Assembly (NCBI GenBank): GCA_002269645.1
Contig: NIVC01002787.1
Span: 34,772 to 98,771 of the forward strand
From: Macrostomum lignano
Lineage: Eukaryota
Length of the DNA: 64,000 bases
Direction: 5' to 3'
Part shown: positions 1 through 12,422 of the stretch, in pieces
Layout: every line of letters begins with the position of its first letter
Numbering within the stretch: the stretch's first letter is position 1
The notes under the pieces: model-generated
What the model was told of the DNA's origin: nothing
The model's database searches: none
What the model saw: the letters and a program-made list of their open reading frames with translations, nothing else
Program-made: the position numbers and the translations under genes

Positions 1-293
1 AACTTCCAATTGGGGATTAACGGTTCTCTTAAAATCAGCGCAAATCCTTACGGATTTCCATCGCGCTTCAAAACTTGGGACAATCAGAGATGCAAAGTCT
101 GATGCGCTCACTTTTTTTATTATGCCTTGAGCTTGCAAATTCGCCAGCTCCTCTTCAATGAGGCTTTTGATCGCAAATGGCACCGGTCGACTCTTACAAA
201 ACTTTGGAATGAAGTTTTTCTTTCAACAGTATTCTGGCCTTTAACCCTTTGATAGTGCCAAGGCTTTCAGCAAACACTTGATCATACTTCTCA
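1..293 (-). pseudogene. pol: Start of pol (reverse transcriptase N-terminus) with several 1-nt indels
   Basis: Manual translation gives EKYDQVFAESLGTIKG, PKFCKSRPVPFAIKSLIEEEL and SVRICADFKRTVNPQL; frame changes are needed between blocks. Confidence 0.8.
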
Positions 294-1574
294 TTAACTG
301 CTCGATAGTGGAACCAACGTTGTTGTTTTCACATGGGCAAATTTGCTCCAGTCAATTTTCAACGAAGAGAGCCAGTCCCGACCTAGAAGATTCACTCTGT
401 CTCCCTTCACAACAAGCGCAGTTAGTTGATACTGTCTTTCCTGATAGTTAGTTACGATAACAGTAGCTTCGCCCAGAACTGGTATGAGATGATCTGTGTA
501 ACTTGACAGTCTAACATTAGATTTAGACCACCTTAAGCCAATTTTCTTGCCAGTATTTTCGTTAATAAGGGTCTTGTCTGCGCCAGTATCCAGTTGGAAA
601 TTTACAAAATGCCCATTTATATTTAACTCGCACATATACGGTGCTGATCCACTAAAGCCAGCCATTCCTGTAGCAAACACAGTCCTGATCTCGGAATGCT
701 TGTCTCGACCACTGCAGTCCGAACCCTCACTTTCTGACTCACTGTCGAAATTCCGCGCGTAATGCACCTTACCGGACTTCCCACGTTTTGAAGAGTTGAA
801 TCGCTTCGACCTGCCACTTCCAGACTCTTTTGCCTTGTCCTTTGTACGGCATGCATCTCTAAGATGTCCTACTCGGCCGCATTTGCTGCACGTTTTATTC
901 CTATATGGACAGCTCCTTGCCCAATGATCCTTCGCGTTACAGCGGAAACATCCATCTTGGGCGCGGCTCCTTTTCCCATGTTGCGCTGCAGTTGATTGCT
1001 TGTTAGTTTCCTTCGAGAAATTGACACTATGACCGACTCCTGTGGCGGAGGTGATAGTCACGACTCCTCGCTCTGCTGCTTCTATCGCAGTCGCTAGCGT
1101 TAATGCACCCGACAGGGTCAGTGTCTCTTCTTGTAGCAATCGCTGCTGGATGAGCCTGTTCCTGAGGCCAACGACGAACCTGTCTCTCAGTGCCTCCTCC
1201 AGGAACTTGTCAAAACCACACGTGGCTGCCAACCTCCGCAGACTTGCAACAAAGTCACTCACTGTTTCTCCTTCGTGTTGGACTCTGCTGTGGAAGTTGT
1301 ACCGCTCGACGACAATCTTCGGCTTTGGGTTGAAGTGTTCCCTCAGCGTCTTCACTTGTTCGTCGTACGCCACATCCTTAGGCTTCTTAGGCGATAGCAG
1401 GTTGCGTAGCAATTGATAACAGTCATTGCCTATCACTGTGATCAAGCTCGCTCGCTTTTGTGCCTCCTCGGTCACTTTATTCACGACGAGAAATTGTTCT
1501 AGCCGCTCTTCGTAGGCTTCCCATTTATCCGGTTTAGCCACGTCAAACTCGCCGATTTTTGTACTCGTCGCCAT
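294..1574 (-). CDS. gag: Gag plus aspartic protease of the LTR retrotransposon; frameshifted away from pol
   Basis: N-terminus WEAYEERLEQFLVVN typical of K02A2.6-like gag; knuckles CFRCNAKDHWARSC and CSKCGRVGHLRDAC; protease motif FQLDTGADKTLI. Confidence 0.9.
   Translation of the reverse strand: MATSTKIGEFDVAKPDKWEAYEERLEQFLVVNKVTEEAQKRASLITVIGNDCYQLLRNLLSPKKPKDVAYDEQVKTLREHFNPKPKIVVERYNFHSRVQHEGETVSDFVASLRRLAATCGFDKFLEEALRDRFVVGLRNRLIQQRLLQEETLTLSGALTLATAIEAAERGVVTITSATGVGHSVNFSKETNKQSTAAQHGKRSRAQDGCFRCNAKDHWARSCPYRNKTCSKCGRVGHLRDACRTKDKAKESGSGRSKRFNSSKRGKSGKVHYARNFDSESESEGSDCSGRDKHSEIRTVFATGMAGFSGSAPYMCELNINGHFVNFQLDTGADKTLINENTGKKIGLRWSKSNVRLSSYTDHLIPVLGEATVIVTNYQERQYQLTALVVKGDRVNLLGRDWLSSLKIDWSKFAHVKTTTLVPLSSS
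1564..1573 (-). promoter_or_regulatory. Primer-binding site TGGCGACGAG (likely tRNA-Ser GCU), overlapping the gag start codon
   Basis: Complementary to the ...CUCGUCGCCA 3' end of eukaryotic tRNA-Ser(GCU), recalled from knowledge; lies 1 nt after the LTR end. Confidence 0.7.
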
Positions 1575-1796
1575 TGTTATGTCTTCTGCTCCGACGTGGA
1601 GCTGCTACATTTAAGTAAGAAGACAACGGTTCGCTTAGGGGTTCGAGCTATCGTATTGCTCCGGTAGTTACGAACTCCTCTTGGGATTCATGTTGTAACT
1701 AGCTCGTACTTTATTATAAAATAATAGGTTGTGCCTTAGACAACAAAACATTGGGCTTGGGGGCATACTCTGTGTCTTCTCTGTTAATATACAACA
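1575..1796 (-). repeat. 5' LTR, 222 bp (TGTT...AACA)
   Basis: On the minus strand it starts TGTTGT and ends ATAACA, one base before the PBS; host sequence resumes at 1797. Confidence 0.8.
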
Positions 1797-3120
1797 CAAT
1801 GTCAATTCATTTATAGTTTTTTTATGATTATTTGTTATTTTCAAATCCTCACCAGATTAGCACTATTCTCCCACATTAGCCCTACACCCCCAGATTAGCC
1901 CCACTTCCCCAGATTAGCACTACGTCCAAGATTAGCACTACTCCTCCATATTAGCCGCACACCGCCAGATTAGCCCCACTTCCCCAGATTAGCACTACGT
2001 CCAGATTAGCACTGCGCCCAGATTAGCACTCAGCCTAGATTAGCACTCAGCCCAGATTAGCACTCAGCCCAGATTAGCACTCAGCCTAGATTAGCACTCA
2101 GCCTAGATTAGCACTCAGCCCAGATTAGCACTCAGCCAAGATTAGCACTCAGCCTAGATTAGCACTCTGCCTAGATTAGCACTCAGCCCAGATTAGCACT
2201 CAGCCTAGATTAGCACTCTGCCTAGATTAGCACTCAGCCCAGATTAGCACTCAGCCTAGATTAGCACTCAGCCTAAATTAGCACTCAGCCCAGATTAGCA
2301 CTCAGCCCAGATTAGCACTCAGCCTAGATTAGCACCGCTCCACAGATTACCGCCGCTTCCCAGATAGTTTCACCTTCCCAGATTAGCACTACTTCTCCAG
2401 ATTTGCACGACTCCGCAAAAGTTGGCACCGCTACTTCCTCCAGATTAGCCCCAATCCCCCAGATTAGCCCCCCACTCCTTTATATTAGCCCCACTCCCTT
2501 AGATTAGCACCGCTCCCCAGATTAGCACCACTCCCAAACTGCTAAAAGGTGACTACTATTATCGCCTCAAAACCTAGTCCTAGTGCCTACACTGCGGCTA
2601 TTCCGCCTACTGATCGGAGGGCGCAAAAATCAGCCATATATGCTTCGGCACTGCAGTCAAATACATAGCAGTGATAGGCTGCTCAGTGTGCACAGGTTGT
2701 ATGCAGGCAGAGCCAATGCACAGTTGAGTGAAATCTATAAATAGCAATAGGCTATGCAGTCCGCCAGTCAGCCAGGGTCAGAATGTACACACGCAGCCAC
2801 TGAGCATTATTTTCCTCTCCCTTATTGCAGCCAGTATTGAGGCGTACACAGTGAACAGAGAAAAGTTGTGGCGCAATCTTAATTGGAATTAAAATTCAGT
2901 TAGTGAGATTTTGACCTTTACTAGCCTCCCATTGAAAGCATTAAAAAAACTCGTTTTTCGAATATTTAACCAACTTCTCATTCGAATTTTTCAATGCAAT
3001 TACACCCACACAATCTCACAAGAATTTGCAATTAAATAAAGCAAGTTTGAAAAAAAACGGTTCAGGCATTCAGGCTGTGGACTGGAATACCGGTCAAACC
3101 TTAGAGATTTAGTATATTGA
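1797..3120 (-). mobile_element. Non-autonomous Helitron E1 (5' end at 3120; interrupted by the Gypsy element)
   Basis: Minus-strand 5' end TCAATATACTAAATCTCTAAG; body matches E2 but lacks about 3857-4890 of E2. Confidence 0.7.
1851..2545. repeat. 17-bp minisatellite (CAGATTAGCACTCAGCC)n
   Basis: Directly visible tandem units; most regular at 2022-2330. Confidence 0.95.
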
Positions 3121-3370
3121 CTAGCCATTTAGCCCCCCTCCGGGTGGCTTCTTAGCAGTTTAGCGCTTGTCTATAAGCAGTTTGTCACAGTCGCTGAGCA
3201 TATCTCACTAATCTCCGCGCAGTTCTGCAGTAGCAAATCTCTAAGTAGTTGTACACCAATTTTACTGAGACTAAAAAGTTCTAAAAATTTACATTTCTTT
3301 ATGTTTGAAACTTTGCAATGTCAATTCATTTTTAGTTCTTTTATGATTATTCGTTATTTTCAAATCCTCA

Positions 3371-3835
3371 TCAGATTACCACTATTCTCCCACATTAGCC
3401 CTACACCCCCAGATTAGCCCCACTTCCCCCAGATTAGCACTACTCCCCCCATATTAGCCGCACACCCCCAGATTAGCCCCACTTCCCCCAGATTAGCACT
3501 CAGCCCAGATTAGCACTCAGCCCAGATTAGCACTCAGTCCAGATTAGCACTCAGCCCAGATTAGCACTCAGCCCAGATTAGCACTCAGCCCAGATTAGCA
3601 CTCAGCCTAGATTAGCACCGCTCCACAGATTACCGCCGCTTCCCAGATAGTTTCACCTTCCCAGATTAGCATCACTCCGCAAAAATTCGCACCGCTACTT
3701 CCTCCAGATTAGCACCACTCCGCAAAAATTCGCACCGCTACTTCCTCCAGATTAGCCCCCCCCCACTCCTTTATATTAGCCCCACTCCCTTAGATTAGCA
3801 CCGCTCCCCAGATTAGCACCACTCCCAAACTGCTA
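3371..3835. repeat. Second block of the 17-bp minisatellite
   Basis: Same unit and flanks as 1851-2545. Confidence 0.93.
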
Positions 3836-4854
3836 AAAGGCGACTACTATTATCGCCTCACAAGTTTAAAGTTAAACCCTCCCCAGAAATTGGCAGTTAT
3901 CCCCACAACAACCTGAAATTATCCCTTCTAATTCCGCAAAACAGACATGCAGTCATACAACTCATTTGCACTCTACTACTTTTATTATTATTATTCATTT
4001 ATCCCTCAGGGACCCAGAATTGTCCCTTCTGCAAGCTACAATTATTCACAGTTAGATATCCTCCTCAGAAGTCTGCCATTATTATCCTAGCAGTCTGCAG
4101 CTATCCCCTCAGCAGTTTGCAGCTTATACGCTCATAAGTCTCGAGAAACTAACTAACGTCAGCAGTTTGCAGTTTGTCCCCTTTGCAGTCTGCAATGATC
4201 CCTTCAACAATCTGCAGTTCCCCTCAGTAGTCTGCAGTCAATTCATTTGCAGTCAGCAAGTGTTTCCTTAATAATTCTCATTTATCCCTTTGCAGCAGTC
4301 TGCAGTTCTCTCAGCTGGCCCCTTAGTATTCTCAGCAAACTGCAATGATCTTTTCAATGATTTAAAAATTTTCTCAGCATTTACGACACGAATTTTCGAT
4401 ACATATTGGCAGTCTTGCGCAACTCAGCATTTAGCAATACCTCAGCAGTTTAGCAGCATCATCTACTGCAATGATGCTTTCAACAATGTTGAAATAAGCT
4501 CAGCATTTTATGGCTCACTAATCGATTTTCGATACATATCGGCAATCTTTTGCACCACTCAGCATTTAGCAATACCTCAGCAGTTTAGCAGCATCGTCTG
4601 CAGTTTAGTAATTTAATCCCCTGCAGTTTAGTCCTATATACTAAAAATCTACTTCTATAGACCTAGATAATAACAATTAATGGGATCTTAGGATTTTACA
4701 AATCAAATCAAATTTGCTTAGTGGCTTGTGCGAGTAGCAAAAATAAATTATTGTAATTAATAAAGAATTTTTACAATTAATCAAAAATGTTCAAAATAGT
4801 CGAGGCAGAAGCTACTAATGAATGAATTTATTTAATTTTAATTATCCGCTGAGG

Positions 4855-4928
4855 AGGCGGACTCGAACCTTGGACCTTATGCCTAGCCTAAACCTAGTCC
4901 TAGTGCCTACACTGCGGCTATTCCGCCT
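4855..4928 (-). ncRNA. tRNA-derived (SINE-head-like) segment carried inside the Helitrons
   Basis: Minus strand has B-box GGTTCGAGTCC, A-box-like TAGCCGCAGTG and a closing stem AGGCGGA/TCCGCCT; the T-stem does not pair canonically. Confidence 0.5.
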
Positions 4929-5964
4929 ACTGATCGGAGGGCGCAAAAATCAGCCATATATTCTTCGGCACTGCAGTCAAATACATAGCAGTGATAGGCT
5001 GCTCAGTTCATTAAGCAGTTATGTGCAGGCAGAGCCAATGCACAGTTGAGTGAAATCTATAAATAGCAACTGTCTATGCAGTCCGCCAGTCAGCCAGGGT
5101 CAGAATGTACACACGCAGCCACTGAGCATTATTTTCCTCTCCCTTATTGCAGCCAGTATTGAGGCGTACACAGTGAACAGAGAAAAGTTGTGGCGCAATC
5201 TTAATTGGAATTGAAATTCAGTCAGTGAGATTTTGACCTTTTCTAGCCTCCCATTGAAAGCATTAAAAAAACTCGTTTTTCGAATATTTAACCAACTTCT
5301 CATTCGAATTTTTCAATGCAATTACACCCACACAATCTCACAAGAATTTGCAATTGAATGAAGCAAGCTTGAAAAAAATCGGTTCAGGCTTTCAGGCTGT
5401 AGACTGGAATACCGGTCAGACAGACAGACAAACCTTAGAGATTTAGTATATTGTGACTAGCCATTTAGCCCCCCTTTGGGGAGCCCTAAAATGACACCAA
5501 TTGGTTTTTATTTTGACGCAAGAGTAACCTTACTATAATTATCCAAAATGTTGATTTCCATTAATCAAAAATTACCTTTTCTCATTTTGGCAAAAATAAA
5601 TTGCCATGAATCAGAACTTTCATCAGCCAAAAAAGTTTCCTTCATCAGCACAAAACCCTTTTTCAATCAACAAATAGTGCTTATCCTTTCAAGCACAAAC
5701 TCTTAGTGCATATCGTCGCTGGCCGGGGCATATTCTGATCCGCTGCAAATATGCAAATCATTGACGGCCTTAGACCCTCTCTCTTAATTAGCCTGAATCA
5801 AAGAATGAAACCTTTAATAAATGCGCTGGTATTTCCTATTAGCAGAAATCAGCATCACTTGTGTGTACAATTTCATTATCTGAATTACATGAGGTACTTC
5901 AGCTGTACTACCTGACTATCTGACAATCGCCTAACAACCTAACATCCCCCAACAATTCAGCCAT

Positions 5965-7620
5965 CGTCCATGAGCCTTGGCATCTTAGCAATTCCCCTCC
6001 CCCCCAGTAAGCCTTGACATATCAGCAATTCTCCCAGTAAGCCTTTACATCTCAGCAATTCCACCAGTAAGCCTTGACAAGAATTGCTAAGAATTGCTAA
6101 GAATACTTGGCTAACAATTGCTAATACGTGCAAGAATTGCTGAGAAGCCTTGAGATCTCAGCAATTCCCCCAGTAAGCATTGATATCTCAGCATTCCCCC
6201 AGTAAGCCTTGAAATCTCAGCATTCCCCCAGAAAGCCTTCACATCTTAGCAATTCCCAGTAAGACTTGACAATTCATCAATTCCCCCAGAAAGCCTTGAC
6301 ATCTCAGCAGTTCCCCCATTAAGCATCGACATCGCAGAAATTAAACTCGAGCCTTGACATCTACGCAGTTCTCTCAGCCGAGTAAGCCTTGACATCCCAA
6401 CAACCCAACTCCCCTCCCCCAAGAATTCAGCAATCCCCTTATGAGCCTTGATATCTCAGCAATTTCTTCATGAGCCTTGTCAACTCAGCGATTCCATCCA
6501 TGAGCTTTGATATCTTAGCAACTCCCATCTTAGCTAGTCTTTAGTTGATGGCAAGTCCTTGGTTGATGGTTAAAATTTATCTGAATTACATTATCTGAAT
6601 TACATGAGCTACTTGAGCCGTACTACCTGACTATCTGACAATCGCCCAACAACCTAACACCCCCCAAAAAATTCAGCCATCGTCCATGAGCCTTGACATC
6701 TCAGCAATTCCCCCAGTAAGCCTTGACATCTCAGCAATTCCCCCAGTAAGCCTTGACATCTCAGTAAGCATAGAAATCTTAGCAATTCCCAGTAGGACTT
6801 GACATTTTAGCAATTCCCAGAAAGCCTTGACATCTCAGCAATTCCTAGTAGGACTTGACATCTCAGCAATTCCCCCATTAAGCCTCGACATTGCAGCAAT
6901 TCTCCCAGCGCAGTAATTAGCCTTGACATCCCAACAACCCAACTCCCCTCTCCCAAGAATTCAGCAATCCCCTTATAAGCCTTGATAACTCAGCTATTCC
7001 CCCATGAGCTTTGATATCTTAGCAAGTCTTTAATTGATTGTTGACAGCGGTTAATCTATGATTGAACCAAAACTGACCCTAAGCCCCCAAACCTACTCAT
7101 AAGTGAGTCTTGGCATGTTAGCAATTTCCACTATGAGCCTTGAGCCTCAGCATTAAAGTAACTTCCTCATAAGGTTTGTAATCTGAATTTCACCGAAAGC
7201 CTTGACCTATCAGCAATTCCCCGTAGAGCCAAAGCATTTAAGTAATTCGCCCCAAGAGCCTTTAATCTTAGCAATTCCTCGATGGATCATTGATGGTTGT
7301 CACGACGATCGCTCTATAATTTAACCAAAACCATAACCCTTAACCTGTAGTCGAATTTCAGCAATTCCCCAATGAGCTTTGGAAATGTTAGCAATTTCCC
7401 CATGAGCCTGAAAATTGAGTGACTAACCATTTGATATCTTGGCACTTGCATTTCAACAATTAATTTCAGCAATTTCACAAATGAACCTTGAATTCAGAGC
7501 AATTCTCCCAAGAATGACATAATTATAGCAATTCCCCTTTGTCTTGATATCTTATAAATCCTTCCATGAGTATTGATATATCACAGCAATTTGCCATACC
7601 AGCATTATGCTCATAGCAAT
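5965..7620. repeat. Degenerate ~30-bp minisatellite (GCCTTGACATCTCAGCAATTCCCCCAGTAA)n
   Basis: Clean units at 6690-6760; reverse-complement copies at 45760-46900 and 48700-49700. Confidence 0.9.
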
Positions 7621-7789
7621 AGTCTTAGCAGTCTTAACAGTCTTAGCAATTCCCAATGAGACTTTTACTTTCGACAGGGTGCTTTTTTATGATTGACAAG
7701 ATGATTCTTGTTCGTTTTTTCTTGCCTTTGCGTTTTCTTCTCTTTAACAGAAGTTAATATTAAAAAATACAATATTTCACTATAGCTTT

Positions 7790-7930
7790 CTGCAGTTTAG
7801 CAATGGTTCACCAGCAGTTTAGCAATGCAGTTTAGCAATGCTTCACCAGCAGTTTAGCAATGCTTCACCAGCAGTTTAGCAATGCAGTTTAGCAATGCTT
7901 CGCCAGCAGTTTAGCAGTGGTTCACCAGCA
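7790..7930. repeat. ~22-bp tandem repeat (CCAGCAGTTTAGCAATGCTTCA)
   Basis: Directly visible. Confidence 0.85.
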
Positions 7931-9038
7931 CTGTTTTGCACAATCAGTGAGCAGATGGCCACTAATCTTTGCATATGGCCATATTGGTTCTGCATAATCG
8001 AAACCATTTAAAATGTTTTTGCAACTTGCAGGGTAAATTTAATCTCCTTACATATTTATTATTTTATTATATGCGTCGACAGATTAGCACTGCTCTCCCC
8101 GATTAGCGCTGCTCACCCAGATTAGAAATACCCTTTGCAAATTAGCACTTACAGCAGATAAGCACTGCTCTTGAAGCTTAGCGTAGCCCCAGCGAAAGTA
8201 TATATAAAATAAAATGTTAAAAATTTGCATGAATTCCCATAGGAAACAATGATTATTGTCACAACGATAAATTCGCTGCTTCAATGTAGACTCGAACTGC
8301 CGACCTTCTACTAAAAGCCTTATACTATTCTAGAAGTTTAGTAACTTCGCACTTTGAAGTTAACCCCCCCCCCAGAAATCGGCAGTTATCCCCACAACAA
8401 CCTGAAATTAGCTATCCCTTCTAATCCCGCAAACAGACTGCAGTCATACTCTTAGCAGCCTGCAGGTACTACTCTCTACAACTTTCATTAGCACCGGCAA
8501 GCTACAATAATTCACTCAGCAGTCCGCAGTTACTCGTATCCCCTCAACAACTTGCTCTGCTATACACTCATAAGTCTGGAGGAATACCTCAGCAGTTTTT
8601 TTCAATTTTTCCCTTTGCAGTCTGCATGAATGAGTCTTCTCAGCAATTATTCTTTCAGTATTCTGAAAATTTGCTCAGCATTTAGTAGGGCTCACTAATC
8701 AATTTTCGATACATATCGGCAGTCTTTTGCGCAGCTCAGCATTTAGCAGTACCTTCAGCTATTTAGCTATTTAGCAGCATCGTCTGCAATTCGGAAGCAG
8801 TAATACACGAATCAGTTTTTTACAAATCAAATTTTTAAATGCACTGGCTGAAATCAAATCAAATTCAAATTGACAAAATCAAATTTGTTTAGCAACTTGT
8901 GCTGAATAGCAAAATATTGTGCTGAATAGCAAATATAATTCATTGAGTGTGGCTTACTAATTAATAAAAAATGATTCAATTAATTGAGGCGCTAGGTATA
9001 AATGAACTAATTTATTTAATTTTAATTATCGGCCGGCG

Positions 9039-9111
9039 AGGCGGACTCGAACCTTGGACCTTACGCCTAGCCTAAACCTATCCTAGTGCCTACACTGCGG
9101 CTATTCCGCCT
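9039..9111 (-). ncRNA. Second copy of the tRNA-derived segment
   Basis: Same motifs as 4855-4928. Confidence 0.5.
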
Positions 9112-10082
9112 ACTGATGGGAGGGCACAAAAATCAGCCATATATGCTTTGACATTGCGGTCAAATACATAGCAGTGATAGGCTGCTCAGTGTGCACAGGT
9201 TTGGTGCCGGCAGAGCCATTCAGCCAAGGTCAGAAGAATGTACACACGCAGCCACTGAGCATTATTTTATTTCAATACTTTTAAAATGCACTGGCTGATT
9301 TCGCTCTCCCTCCAGAGTGCCTGCGCAATGCTTGGCACACTGCCTCCACCTAAAAAGCTCAGAGTCAGTTTATAGCGAGAATATGCAGTACGCAGTTGTG
9401 GCGCAATTATAATTAGAATTGGAATTCAGCCAGTCAAGAATTCAACCTTGCTTGGCCTTCTAATAAAAGCATTAGAAAAACTCGTTTTTCGAATATTTAA
9501 TACCTTTAACATTGAAGCAGCTACAAGAAATTTTAGCTGCCTTCTTTCCAGATAATTACAAATCTTTTTATAGAGAGATCTCTAGAGTGCTACACGAATA
9601 CACGAATACTAACACAAAGTCTGTTCGAGTGAAAGTCACACGAAGCAGCTATGACATAATTAAATACGCAGGCAGTCAGTATCAGTCTAAATTAAAGTTT
9701 GCTATATGGTTACGCAATTGCTGTCTTTCAACTTGGCACAGTGTTTTCAACTTGTTGTGATGTAATCTTTATCAGAATAAGAATTCAGCCAGTCAGTTTT
9801 TTCTCTAGCATTTTTACAGCGCATTTCAAGTAGAAAGAGCTGCTTGACCTTTGCAGAAAACATGTTTTTCGAATATTTAATCCCTTTAGCATTGAAGCAG
9901 ATACAAGAAATTTTAACCATACAATCCCAGGCTGATTAGAAATCTTTTGGCGAAAACGCGATCAAAATTGGTCAAGAATTGCAATCTGTAGAGCGTTATG
10001 GACAAGCAAGCATTCAAACATACAAAGCTTAGAGATTTAGTATATTTAGATAGAAGAAGAGATTTAGTATATTTAGATGATG

Positions 10083-11650
10083 ATTCCCACTCTTTCCATT
10101 AGCATCTCTATTCCTACTCTTTCAGTTAGCCTCTCTTTTCCCAATCTTTCAATTAGCCACTCCATTCCCACTATTTCAATGAGCCTCTCTATTCACACTC
10201 TTTCTATTAGCCTCTCTATTCCCACTCTTTCAATTAGCCTCTTTATTCCCACTTTTTCAATTAGCCTCTCTATTCCCACTCTTTCAATTAGCCTCTCTAT
10301 TCCCACTCTTTATATTAGCCACTCTATTCCCACTCTTCCCATTAGCTTCTCTATTCCCACTATTTCAATGAGCCTCTCTATTCACACTATTTCAATTAGC
10401 CTCTCTATTCCCACTCTTTCTATTAGCCTCTCTATTCACACTCTTTCAATTAGCCTCTCTATTCCCACCCTTTCTATTAGCCTCTCTATTCCCACTCTTT
10501 CTATTAGCCTCTCTATTCCCACTCTTCCCATTAGCCTCTCTATTCCCACTCTTTCTATTAGCCTCTCTATTCCCACTCTTTCTATTAGCCTCTCTATTCA
10601 CACTCTTTCAATTAGCCTCTCTATTCCCACCCTTTCTATTAGCCTCTCTATTCCCACTCTTTCTATTAGCCTCTCTATTCCCACTCTTCCCATTAGCCTC
10701 TCTATTCCCACTCTTTCTATTAGCCTCTCTATTCCCACTCTTTCTATTAGCCTCTCTATTCCCACTCTTTCTATTAGCCTCTTTATTCCCACTCTTTCAA
10801 TTCGCCTCTCTATTCCTACTCTTTTAGTTAGCCTCTCTATTCTCACTCTTCCCATTAGCCTCTCTATTCCCACTCTTTCAATTAGCCTCTCTATTCCCAC
10901 TCTTTCTATTAGCCTCTCTATTCCCACTCTTCCCATTAGCTTCTCTATTCCCACTCTTTCTATTAGCCTCTCTATTCCCACTCTTTCAATTAGCCTCTCT
11001 ATTCCCACTTTTTCAATTAGCTCTGTACTCCCATACTTTCTATTAGCCTTTCTATTCACACTCTTTCTATTAGTCTCTTTTCCTACTATTTTAGTTAGCC
11101 TCTCTATTCTCACTCTTCCCATTAGCCTCTCTATTCCCACTCTTTCAATTAGCCTCTCTATTCCCACTCTTCCCATTAGCCTCTCTATTCCCACTCTTTC
11201 AATTAGCCTCTCTATTCCCACTCTTTCTATTAGCCTCTCTATTCCCACTCTTCCCATTAGCCTCTCTATTCCCACTCTTTCAATTAGCCACTCTATTCCC
11301 AATCTTTCTATTAGCCTCTCTATTCTCACTCCTCCCATTAGCCTCTTTACTCCCACTCTTTCAATTAGCCTCTCTATTCCCACTCTTTCAATTAGCCACT
11401 TCATTCCCACTTTTCCCATTAGCCTCTTTATTCTCACTCTTTCTATTAGCCTCTCCATTCCCACTTTTTCTATAGTCTCTTTATTCCCACTCTTTCTATT
11501 AGCCTCTCCATTCCCACTCTTTCAATTAGCCTCTCTATTCCCACTCTTCATATTTAGCCTCTTTATTCCCACTCTTCATATTTAGCCACTCTATTTCCAG
11601 TCTTCATATTTAGCCACTCCATCCCCCCTCTTCATATTTAGCCATTTTTT
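10083..11650. repeat. 27-bp minisatellite (ATTAGCCTCTCTATTCCCACTCTTTCT)n, more than 50 units
   Basis: The unit translates as ISLSIPTLS, which explains the spurious long ORFs on both strands. Confidence 0.97.
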
Positions 11651-12422
11651 CACTCTTTAAATTCATATTCCCACGTCTAAAGAAACCCAGGCGTCTTCTT
11701 TTCTCTATCGTCTCTCTCTTTTCTCCTTAAGAAACGATTGTATCACTGAGCTTGCGTTGCTTTTGCGCAGTGCGCAATTCCGAAGGCTGAAGAAGTTTGG
11801 TTTGTTATTAGCCAAACAGTCAGGCAGTATGAGAGGGACTGCGTAGCAGAGGTGCTCAAAGAATTTCTGTGTCTAACAGGTTTTATTTTCCTGCTATCTT
11901 CTGCTCACAAGCCAGAAAGACTTTCTAACTCACTGGCATCAAAGGGCCCTATTATGAGTGTGAGGCTCACATCTCCAACTCCTCTCTGTACCGCAAATTA
12001 TTCAAGACAGTGTATTTTATAGTCAAGCAAGCAAACTGGTTTAGTTGACAAAATGCAGAGCAATGCATAGTTTGAGCGGGGCAGGGTTATCGCTCGAGCA
12101 GTTTTTCTGTGTGCTGTTGTTAGGCAACCATATCACCCCCAAAGCATTGCTGCGAGTCTACTGTGTCACGCGTTCGCAGGCTGCTGGCTTGGCCCTCAAA
12201 CCTCGGCTTTTGTTATTTGTCTTTTAGTTTAGAGCTGGTCTGGCTGGATAGCCCCGGTCGAGATGAGAGGAGGCCGTTGTTTGCTTCGATGTAAGCACAA
12301 TTCCAGTGCTTACACTCTGCCTTTCACGCATAAAAACTCGTGATACAGACGGCCTCCTATGCATTCCGAGAAATCCTTGTGAGCTTTTTGCAATCTCAAA
12401 ACTTTCTGCTCGCGCAAAAACG

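Larger units (their letters stand above)
1..1796 (-). mobile_element. Gypsy/Ty3 LTR retrotransposon (Mag/K02A2.6-like), 5' portion; continues beyond window start
   Basis: LTR 1575-1796, PBS, gag with two CCHC knuckles, DTG protease and start of RT. After the LTR the host repeat resumes at CAATGTCAATTCATT, which is uninterrupted at ~3316. Confidence 0.92.
3121..5456 (-). mobile_element. Non-autonomous Helitron E2
   Basis: 3' end CTAG at 3121-3124 with a GC hairpin at ~3132-3148; 5' end TCACAATATACTAAATCTC at 5456, followed by a (GTCT)n tract. Confidence 0.8.
5457..10050 (-). mobile_element. Non-autonomous Helitron E3
   Basis: CTAG at 5457-5460 with a CCCCCC-TTT-GGGG hairpin; 5' end TCTAAATATACTAAATCTC at 10050, duplicated at 10077. 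The 3' region matches 46950-47384. Confidence 0.75.

Noticed and set aside
4855-4928. Functional tRNA gene (possible TTA or TAG anticodon)
   Set aside because: T-stem does not pair and arm spacing is non-canonical; kept only as a tRNA-derived segment.
10077-11585. 502-aa ORF and the antisense 288-aa ORF
   Set aside because: Pure translation of a stop-free 27-bp minisatellite; no non-repetitive coding part.
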